From NCBI GenBank assembly GCA_944380305.1, contig CALWHF010000002.1, forward strand, positions 14,877 through 78,876: DNA of 64,000 nucleotides, read 5' to 3'. The notes beneath the pieces were generated by a model. It was not told where the DNA came from, did no database searches, and saw only the letters and a list, made by a program, of their open reading frames with translations. Below are positions 1 through 10,212 of this stretch, in pieces. How positions within the stretch are numbered: position 1 is the stretch's first letter; the number at the start of each line of letters is the position of its first letter. Source of the stretch: an uncultured Christensenellaceae bacterium (GTDB lineage: Bacteria; Bacillota; Clostridia; Christensenellales; UBA3700). Both the position numbers and the translations under genes were made by a program.

Positions 1-603
1 GACCGTCGGCGAACATTCTTCTTTCAGGTGCGTGATGAGCGACAGTATCTGCTCTTTGCCGTACGGGTCGAGCCCCGCGGTCGGTTCGTCGAGTATCAGC
101 ACTTTGGGCTGCATCGCGATTATGCCCGCTATCGCCACGCGCCTCTTCTGTCCGCCCGAAAGCTCGAACGGAGCGCGGTCCTTTATATCTTCGTAATCGA
201 GTCCGACAAGCTCTATCGCGCGCTTGACGCGCCTTTGCACCTCTTCGGCATCGAGCCCCATATTCTTAGGTCCGAAAGCGACGTCCTTCTCAACGGTATC
301 CTCGAAAAGCTGATATTCGGGATACTGGAACACCATACCCACCGTGCCGCGCAGTCTGCGCAGATCGCTCTTGTTCTTCTTGTCGGGCACGAGCTTTACG
401 TCGAACACGTCGATCTCTCCGCTCTGCAATTTATACAGGCCGTTCAGGTGCATGATGAACGTGCTTTTGCCGCTGCCCGTGTGTCCTATAATCCCGAGGA
501 AATCCCCTTCGTTTATCGTCAGGTTCACGCCCTTGAGCGCGTGCCTTTCGAACGGAGTGCGCGCACTGTATGTGAAGTTGAGGTCTTTTACAGTAATTTG
601 CAT
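1..603 (-). CDS. ecfA2: ECF transporter ATPase EcfA2, N-terminal part only (the rest lies beyond the window start)
   Basis: Reverse-strand translation from ATG at 601-603 reads MQITVKDLNFTYSARTPFERHALKGVNL..GHTGSGKST (Walker A)..LSGGQKRRVAIAG (ABC signature)..ILDEPTAGLD (Walker B). It is absent from the ORF track because no stop lies in the window. Its start overlaps the upstream ATPase stop by 16 nt. Confidence 0.85.
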   Translation of the reverse strand, partial: MQITVKDLNFTYSARTPFERHALKGVNLTINEGDFLGIIGHTGSGKSTFIMHLNGLYKLQSGEIDVFDVKLVPDKKNKSDLRRLRGTVGMVFQYPEYQLFEDTVEKDVAFGPKNMGLDAEEVQRRVKRAIELVGLDYEDIKDRAPFELSGGQKRRVAIAGIIAMQPKVLILDEPTAGLDPYGKEQILSLITHLKEECSPTV

Positions 604-1430
604 AAGCTGTCTACAAGAGCCTCCTCGTCCGTAATGCGCGGATCTACCGCCATACCCGCCTCGTGCAGAGTCACCGCCAGCTGCGTCACGCAGGGCACGC
701 CCAGTTTTATGCGGGTCAGAAGTTCGTGCTCGGCAAACACGTCTGCGGGCTTGCCGTCAAGCACGATCCTGCCGTCGTTCATGACTATGAGTCTGTCCGC
801 CTCGAGAGCTTCGTCCATATAGTGCGTGATATGCACCACCGTCATCTTCTCTTCGCGGTTGAGCTGTCTGACGACCTTCATCACCTCGTCCCTTCCCTTG
901 GGGTCGAGCATCGCGGTCGATTCGTCAAGCACCATCACGCGCGGTTTTATCGCGAGCACGCCCGCTATCGCGAGCCTCTGCTTCTGCCCTCCGCTCATCT
1001 TGAACGGAGTAGCGTGACGGAATTCGCTCATCCCGACCTTTTCGAGTGCCCAGTCCACGCGGGAAATTATCTCCTCTCTCGGCACGCCGAGATTTTCGGG
1101 ACCGAAAGCGATGTCGTCCTCGACGTTGGTCGCAATCATCTGATTGTCGGGGTTCTGGAATACCATGCCCACGCTCGAGCGCACGTCGAAGATCCTCTTC
1201 TCGTCGTCGGTATCCACGCCGTAGACGAGCACCCTGCCGCCCGTAGGTATCAAAAGGCCGTTGAGAAGTTTCGCCAGCGTGGATTTTCCGCTGCCGTTGT
1301 GTCCTACGAGCGCGACGAACGTGCCTTCCTCTATTTCGAGAGAAACGCAGTCTACCGCCTTATGCTCCTCGCCTTCGCTTACGGGATAGGAAAAGGATAC
1401 GTTTTCGAGTTTTATCGCAGGTATTGCCAT
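588..1430 (-). CDS. ecfA1: ECF transporter ATPase EcfA1 (CbiO-type ABC ATPase)
   Basis: Contains GHNGSGKST Walker A, MSGGQKQRLAIAG signature and VLDESTAMLD Walker B. I place the start at the internal Met (MAIPAIKLENVSF, ATG 1428-1430) rather than the ORF-track start at 1478. Confidence 0.9.
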   Translation of the reverse strand: MAIPAIKLENVSFSYPVSEGEEHKAVDCVSLEIEEGTFVALVGHNGSGKSTLAKLLNGLLIPTGGRVLVYGVDTDDEKRIFDVRSSVGMVFQNPDNQMIATNVEDDIAFGPENLGVPREEIISRVDWALEKVGMSEFRHATPFKMSGGQKQRLAIAGVLAIKPRVMVLDESTAMLDPKGRDEVMKVVRQLNREEKMTVVHITHYMDEALEADRLIVMNDGRIVLDGKPADVFAEHELLTRIKLGVPCVTQLAVTLHEAGMAVDPRITDEEALVDSLCKLL

Positions 1431-1609
1431 TTTTGCCTCACAATAAAAAAGTATAACACACCCGCGCGTAAAGCGCAAATATTTGAATACGGTTTGCCTT
1501 TTTTGCGGTTTGCGCCACGCGCTTTCATGCTCTGCACGCGCCCTTCAGACACCTTTTCCGACTTGTTAAAATTTTTGCGTGAACGCTCAAAGTTATTCGG
1601 TAAAATCCA

Positions 1610-1638
1610 TTGACTTGCAAAAATCAATCCTATATAAT
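1610..1638 (+). promoter_or_regulatory. sigma-70-type promoter for the PFOR gene
   Basis: TTGACT (1610-1615), a 17-nt spacer, then TATAAT (1633-1638), about 80 nt upstream of the PFOR start. An RBS GGAGG precedes the ATG. Confidence 0.6.
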
Positions 1639-1665
1639 TACAGGTGTGTGAAAATAATAAAATAA

Positions 1666-5241
<3,576 letters not shown>

Positions 5242-5284
5242 CCTTAACATAAGGGGCACCGATATTTATATCGCTAAATCAAAA

Positions 5285-5308
5285 AGCCGCTCAATCGAGC
5301 GGCTTTTT
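5285..5308 (+). terminator. intrinsic terminator of the PFOR gene
   Basis: Stem AGCCGCTC / GAGCGGCT with loop AATC, followed by a T5 run. Confidence 0.75.
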
Positions 5309-5330
5309 CCATATACGCGAAAATATCGTT

Positions 5331-5562
5331 TCCCCTTATGTTATCCCCTCCATGCCTCGACCTCACCCTACTGCTTTCGGTCTCATAAGGTACTTTCGGC
5401 AAAAAGCGTGGTTTTTCCGAAAGGGAGATAATAAGGACATCCCTTTTCATGTACGCTCTGATTTGTGTTTCCCCCTTGCTGTATCCCTTACAGACAAAAA
5501 GTCTCGCCCCGACTCGACTTTTTGCAAGGTACTTTTCAAAAAAAGCGTCGTTTTTGTAAAAA
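5331..5562. repeat. two diverged tandem copies of a ~140-nt unit
   Basis: 5332-5347 CCCCTTATGTTATCCC versus 5472-5487 CCCCTTGCTGTATCCC. 5387-5422 AAGGTACTTTCGGCAAAAAGCGTGGTTTTTCCGAAA versus 5526-5561 AAGGTACTTTTCAAAAAAAGCGTCGTTTTTGTAAAA (28 of 36 identical by hand alignment). Both pairs are offset by 139-140 nt. Confidence 0.6.
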
Positions 5563-5868
5563 GAAAAAATTTTAATATCAATATAATAACAAAGTGCTTC
5601 CAACAAAAATCTGTTTTTTCCTAAAAGAGAAATATTTTAATTGAGTTTAGTGTACAGTTTACAAAAAATAAAATATTCAATCATTATTTTCTTAATCAAC
5701 GCCCTTCCCAATATAATGGGACGGATTGATTTTACCAATTTTTTTGGTAAAAATCACAGGTATGCAGAAATATGTATGTTATTTGACACATAAAACAAAA
5801 TGATCGAAAAAAATATCTCAGGCTCTTTATTATAATAATTGTCCGTGCAACTATTCCTTTTGTTTTCC

Positions 5869-5912
5869 CTGCCTCATCCTGCCCTGTGGCTTTCGGTCTT
5901 TACTTCGCAAGT
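5869..5912. repeat. third, partial copy of the 5331-5562 repeat unit
   Basis: TGCCTCATCCTGCCCTGTGGCTTTCGGTCTTTACTTCGCAAG resembles 5353-5402 TGCCTCGACCTCACCCTACTGCTTTCGGTCTCATAAGGTACTTTCGGCAA. They share an 11-mer GCTTTCGGTCT. Confidence 0.5.
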
Positions 5913-6033
5913 GACACCAAAACCTCTACGCTTAATCGTCGCAAGCTCTTGACATTCAGTACAGCTGTTTCGTTTCGTCTGCAAACAACGAATTTATATG
6001 CCGTATGCGCACCGCAATTACAAAACAAAGCTG

Positions 6034-6062
6034 TTGACTAGCGTAATTATATTCTCTATAAT
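6034..6062 (+). promoter_or_regulatory. sigma-70-type promoter dedicated to the GNAT-TIR gene
   Basis: TTGACT (6034-6039), a 17-nt spacer, TATAAT (6057-6062), then RBS AAGAGGA (6081-6087) and ATG at 6094. Confidence 0.6.
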
Positions 6063-6093
6063 AATAAGTGAACTAATGATAAGAGGACTGTTT

Positions 6094-7218
6094 ATGAATA
6101 TCGAAATCGTTGAAGGAAAAGACGTTACTCCCGAAGACATCGCCCAGGCATCATATCTCGACACGCTGGTCTACGACAAAGTTTTTTGCGCACCCGTTGA
6201 CGTCTGTTTTCAATGGAACGCGGTAAACAACCGCATATACACGATGGCACGCGATACCGAAACAGGCAAGATCGTCGCGTACGTCAACTTGTCTCCCGTT
6301 ACCGACAGCTACTACGAAAAAATCAAAAGCGGCACATTCCTCGACGTATATCTTCCCCCTGAAGCTATCGCATCTTACGATATGCCCAGTTGCATGTATA
6401 ATCTGTATTTTTCTTCAATAGTGATTCACCCCGATTATCAGAACACGGGCGTATTTTTACCTCTGTTCAATGCGATAGTAAACAAGTTCATCGCCCTCGG
6501 CGACTCCGGCATATTCATTCACCGAATGATAGCCGACGCAGTCAGCGAAAGAGGCAGACAATTCTGCCGTCTTTTCGGCATGAAGAACGTCAAAACGTCG
6601 GAACACAATTCGACGATATACGAAATTTCTCTTCTGCCGCCGCAATTCAAAGTATCATCGCGTCCCACAAAAGAGCTTTTTGATTTTTACAGGACCGTTT
6701 ATCTCGAAAACAAAGATTTCATGCCCGACTTTGACGACAAGCCCGTTTCACCGCAACCGCCTCACGAAGAAAAAGACGAGAACTTCAAGGTGTTTATTTC
6801 CTACAAGCATAAAGACGCCGATTACCGCGACACGCCCGACAAAGATATGGCAAAAGATCTCTACAAAGCCTTGAAAGCCAGAAACGTATCCGTTTTTTTC
6901 AGCGAACAGACATTGAAAGAACTCGGCACAGCTCAATATAAGCAGATGATAGACTCCGCATTGGACAAAGCTAAAATACTTGTCGTAGTATGCACTAATC
7001 CCGACTACGTTCAGAAAGGATGGGTAAATTATGAATGGGACAGTTTTTCCAACGATATACTAAGCGACATCAAACCAGACGGCAAGATATTCTCGTATAT
7101 TGACAAAGTAAATATTCACGGTCTCCCTAGAACGCTCAGACAACAACAGGTTTTCGTAAAAAAAGAAAACTCACTCGACGATATTTGCTCTTATATAATA
7201 AACGCTTTGAAAAACTGA
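6094..7218 (+). CDS. GNAT-like acetyltransferase-fold domain fused to a C-terminal TIR domain (374 aa)
   Basis: The N-terminal half has a GNAT motif-A-like segment, SSIVIHPDYQNTGVFLPLFNAIVNKFIALG. The C-terminal ~140 aa has TIR hallmarks: KVFISYKHKD..VSVFFSEQ..AKILVVVCTNPDYVQKGWVNYEWDSF. The start is set at the Met with a good RBS (6094); the track start at 5998 would overlap the promoter. Confidence 0.75.
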   Translation: MNIEIVEGKDVTPEDIAQASYLDTLVYDKVFCAPVDVCFQWNAVNNRIYTMARDTETGKIVAYVNLSPVTDSYYEKIKSGTFLDVYLPPEAIASYDMPSCMYNLYFSSIVIHPDYQNTGVFLPLFNAIVNKFIALGDSGIFIHRMIADAVSERGRQFCRLFGMKNVKTSEHNSTIYEISLLPPQFKVSSRPTKELFDFYRTVYLENKDFMPDFDDKPVSPQPPHEEKDENFKVFISYKHKDADYRDTPDKDMAKDLYKALKARNVSVFFSEQTLKELGTAQYKQMIDSALDKAKILVVVCTNPDYVQKGWVNYEWDSFSNDILSDIKPDGKIFSYIDKVNIHGLPRTLRQQQVFVKKENSLDDICSYIINALKN

Positions 7219-7224
7219 AGAAAA

Positions 7225-7689
7225 TCAGAAAAGAAAATTTCTGAGCTTGAGCCACTCGGTCTCGTTCCAGTTTCCAGCATTGGCGGGAGAGGTGGAAGGC
7301 AGGCACTTAAAGTCTATCGCGGGATAGGCTTTTTTTGCAACCGAGTACGACTTTTTACCGTTGCAGAATACCGCTTTTATATGCGTTGCCGAGAGTACGG
7401 CTGGAATATCGCTCGGCACAACGTCTTTTATCGCACTGTCGAGAGAGCCTTCTCTGTCGCATGAATATATGCTGTCCATAAGCGCAATGCCGTTTTCAAG
7501 AAGAAAAGCGCGCTTGCCGTCTATACTTTCTGGCACGGGCTTTCCCGTAATTTTTGCCATTGTCGGCCAGAAGCGGTTGCGCGGGTGCATATAGTAAAAT
7601 CCTTGTTTCAGGGATTCGACCGAAGCCATGCTCCCCAAAATAAGGATCTTGCTGTTTTTGTCGTATATCGGCTTGAAGCTGTATATCAT
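7225..7689 (-). CDS. uracil-DNA glycosylase superfamily protein, DNA-deoxyinosine (hypoxanthine) glycosylase-like
   Basis: 154 aa with ILILGSMASVESLKQGFYYMHPRNRFWP near the N-terminus and LPSTSPAN near the C-terminus, typical of the small UDG family 6-like proteins. Its start forms an ATGA overlap with the upstream gene's stop. Confidence 0.6.
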   Translation of the reverse strand: MIYSFKPIYDKNSKILILGSMASVESLKQGFYYMHPRNRFWPTMAKITGKPVPESIDGKRAFLLENGIALMDSIYSCDREGSLDSAIKDVVPSDIPAVLSATHIKAVFCNGKKSYSVAKKAYPAIDFKCLPSTSPANAGNWNETEWLKLRNFLF

Positions 7690-8510
7690 TTTATAAATAT
7701 ATGCGTGCTGGGAGCGGAACCCGACATAATGTCGTTTATCGCGTATCTCGGGCTTGCTATATAGACTTCGGTGCCGTTCTCGAGCGGAGCTTTGATATAT
7801 TCGAGTTTCGCATACGCGCCGTTAGCACCCGCTCTCGAGCTGCCGACGCAGACTTTCTGGTATTCGCACACGGCGTCCACGGTCTCGTAGACGTCCTTGC
7901 CGCATATCTCGGGTATAAGAGTCGCAGGGTCGCCGGGCACGCTGTAAATGCCGTCCGTAGACGTGTAGATAATAAGGGTCTTGCACTTGACGAGGCAGGC
8001 TATCTGAGACGCGGTCTCGTCGTTATCCGCGCAGTGCACGACGTGCTTTTTGCTCCTCATAAGGTTCTGCAATTCGGTCTTGACGATCTCCTCGCTCGAG
8101 AGAGGGTCGTTGTAATTGATTATCGGGATAACGCCCTGCGACGGACAGCGGAGCAACAGCTTTTTGAGGTATTCCCTCTTCGCGTCGTCGTTGAAATGCT
8201 GGTGCTCCACGAGGATCTGCCTTAGCCCGAATTTGGGGTCGGTAAACTGACGGTAGTTGGACATCAGGATAGCCTGTCCCTGCGCCGCATAATCCGTCTT
8301 GACGTCCTCGTACGGACCTATAATTTCCCTGCCCGTGCGCCTTATATAGTCCAAACGACCGATTTCGGTCGCGCCGCTGGTGACCCAGATATATCCCGGG
8401 CGCAGCTGGCGGCTTATCTTTGCTATTACGTTGTAATCTATGTCTCCCCACTTCTTGTTGACGAGAGCCATAGAGCCGACTTTTCCGACAAGTTCTATAT
8501 CGAAAGTCAT
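7686..8510 (-). CDS. amino acid kinase family protein, glutamate 5-kinase-like (no PUA domain)
   Basis: Motifs VGKVGSMAL, WVTSGATEIGR, AAQGQAILM, VIPIINYNDP and CADNDETASQIA line up with ProB-type AAK motifs. Start set at MTFDIELVGK (ATG 8508-8510, RBS AAGGAG). It has ATGA overlaps on both sides. Confidence 0.65.
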   Translation of the reverse strand: MTFDIELVGKVGSMALVNKKWGDIDYNVIAKISRQLRPGYIWVTSGATEIGRLDYIRRTGREIIGPYEDVKTDYAAQGQAILMSNYRQFTDPKFGLRQILVEHQHFNDDAKREYLKKLLLRCPSQGVIPIINYNDPLSSEEIVKTELQNLMRSKKHVVHCADNDETASQIACLVKCKTLIIYTSTDGIYSVPGDPATLIPEICGKDVYETVDAVCEYQKVCVGSSRAGANGAYAKLEYIKAPLENGTEVYIASPRYAINDIMSGSAPSTHIFIK

Positions 8511-9010
8511 TTTGCTATCTCCTTTAACCATTGTTTGGTACGACTGCACACGAGATCGTATCTGTTGACGCGTTCGAGCACGAGATCAGCTCTTTCGCGA
8601 ATAAGTTTCCAGGTCTCGGTCAGTTGTTTTTTCGTCTGTTTCAACGCTTTTGCGAACGTATCCTCGTGCAGTCTGTCAGCCGCTCTGGTCAGAGCGCAGT
8701 CAACCGCGATAATATAGCAATCGGTCGCAAGAGCGCATAGCGTCGCGTCCGTCACAAGGTTCGCGCTGAGCGCGATGACCGAATTTTCGCAGTCCGCAAG
8801 CGCGTTGACGGTATCGTCCGCCTTTGATTGGGCAAACTGCTTGCCCGTCAGTTTTACGAGAGCATCGGGTTTCTTGCCCGCGCAGAAATAGTCGAATATC
8901 CCGACAGAATCGGCAAAAGTCATATTGAGATCTTTCGCCAGTCTCTCCGCCGCTCTCCTGCAAAGCTGATAGTCCGCTCCTATAAAAGCTATGTTATTCT
9001 TGAATGACAT
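8507..9010 (-). CDS. hypothetical protein, shikimate-kinase-like fold without a Walker A motif
   Basis: MSFKNNIAFIGADYQLCRRAAERLAKDLNMTFADSV resembles the shikimate kinase N-terminus (NIxLIGxMGxGKS..LA..L...F.D.D), but the GxxGxGKS/T loop is replaced by GADYQLCR. Start set at ATG 9008-9010. Confidence 0.4.
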   Translation of the reverse strand: MSFKNNIAFIGADYQLCRRAAERLAKDLNMTFADSVGIFDYFCAGKKPDALVKLTGKQFAQSKADDTVNALADCENSVIALSANLVTDATLCALATDCYIIAVDCALTRAADRLHEDTFAKALKQTKKQLTETWKLIRERADLVLERVNRYDLVCSRTKQWLKEIAK

Positions 9011-10211
9011 ACGCGCCGCGCTTGATGCAGATAGCGTAAAGGGTTTCGCCGTCGGTGATGACTGCTGCGACCTGCACCTCACCGTAATTCTTGTCGGACG
9101 CCTCGGACGCGGTGATATTGATGCCTCCGTTCGCGCCTATCGTGACGGTTATGTCGCCGTCGCTGCCCGTTATGTATATCTGTCTGAAACCGTTGTAATC
9201 CGCGTCGGGAACGGCGTCGGTATATCCATCGAGTCTTGCCAGCAATTCTTTGGTCGGATGCTCGTAACTACCCGGCACTTCCCTTGTACCGTTTGTCGAT
9301 ATGATAGCGAACTCCGCGTCTATCTTGTCGAGGAACGCCTGAGTCGTGGAACTTTTCGAGCCGTGATGTCCTACCTTGAGAATATCGGTATCGATGTTGT
9401 CGAGATAGCCTTTGGCGAGCACGTATTCCTCTGTCATTTCATTGGCGTCGCCGGTCAGCACGATCGTCCTGTCGGCATATTCAAGCAGGCATATCGGAGA
9501 AACTGAATTTACTTTCTCTGCATCTGCCTTGCTTTCGGTCGAACAATCCGGATAGTTATTTTCGTCAAACGCATAACACTTCATCTCCCAGTTTTCGCCG
9601 CTTATCGTATACGTGCCGACGTTGTTGTTATACTCCGCGTCTACGGTTTTTCCGTCCTCCGAGGTATAAGTCTCCTCTTTCGCCGCCTCGAGCAGGTTGA
9701 GCCACGTGTTTCTGTACTGCGCCTTGTCGAGCGGCATATATAGCGACTTTATCTCATAGTTGTCAAGAAGTTTCTTGGCATCTCTGATATGGTCGTAGTC
9801 GCCGTGTGTGATGAAAAGATAATCGATCTGCGTTACGTTCTTCGCATGCAAAAACTCGTTGACGTGATTCCACGGCGACGTAGAGCCGAACTCGCTGCCG
9901 ATATCCATCATCATATTCTTGCCGTCGGGGAAAGCGATGTATATGCAGTCGCCCTGACCTATATCCAGCACGGTCATCTGCAGCGTATCGCCAGTGACGT
10001 ACGGATTGTCAGCCTGCCCGCCGTTGCCTATCGTATCCTTGTCGCTCTGATCGTTCTGCGTAAACATTGCGATCACGCTCTCGAGCACGTCGGGTCTGAA
10101 GTACCACAGCGCGACGAGCGCGGCGACGATCACCAGTACGAGTACGACGAGGAATATTACCTTGCCTTTGGACAGTTTCTTTTTGCGTCTTGCCGTTCTG
10201 GATTTAGCCAT
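8994..10211 (-). CDS. membrane-anchored MBL-fold metallo-hydrolase, ComEC C-terminal-domain type
   Basis: Basic N-terminus plus one TM (VIFLVVLVLVIVAALVALWYF), then LDIGQGDCIYI..ITHGDYDHI..LKVGHHGSKSS, which are MBL motifs as in the ComEC/Rec2 lactamase domain. Start at MAKSRTARR (ATG 10209-10211, RBS GAGGAGG). Confidence 0.75.
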   Translation of the reverse strand: MAKSRTARRKKKLSKGKVIFLVVLVLVIVAALVALWYFRPDVLESVIAMFTQNDQSDKDTIGNGGQADNPYVTGDTLQMTVLDIGQGDCIYIAFPDGKNMMMDIGSEFGSTSPWNHVNEFLHAKNVTQIDYLFITHGDYDHIRDAKKLLDNYEIKSLYMPLDKAQYRNTWLNLLEAAKEETYTSEDGKTVDAEYNNNVGTYTISGENWEMKCYAFDENNYPDCSTESKADAEKVNSVSPICLLEYADRTIVLTGDANEMTEEYVLAKGYLDNIDTDILKVGHHGSKSSTTQAFLDKIDAEFAIISTNGTREVPGSYEHPTKELLARLDGYTDAVPDADYNGFRQIYITGSDGDITVTIGANGGINITASEASDKNYGEVQVAAVITDGETLYAICIKRGAYVIQE

Positions 10212-10212
10212 G

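Noticed and set aside
5331-5354. Resemblance of TCCCCTTAT..CTCCA to the 3' end of tRNA-Ala (a possible att remnant at the left edge of the TIR region)
   Set aside because: Only a 9-mer and a 5-mer match, separated by an 8-nt insertion. This is too weak to claim an integration site.
5274-5624. 110-aa (-) and 90-aa (+) ORFs downstream of PFOR
   Set aside because: They overlap each other across the tandem-repeat region, have no RBS, and their sequences simply mirror the DNA repeats.
5998-6093. 32-codon N-terminal extension of the GNAT-TIR ORF (track start at 5998)
   Set aside because: The extension would overlap the predicted promoter (6034-6062) and has no RBS. The Met at 6094 is preceded by AAGAGGA at ideal spacing.
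8994-10211. ComEC-like gene as a DNA-uptake competence channel
   Set aside because: Only the MBL (lactamase-like) domain with a single TM anchor is present. The polytopic competence channel domain is absent.
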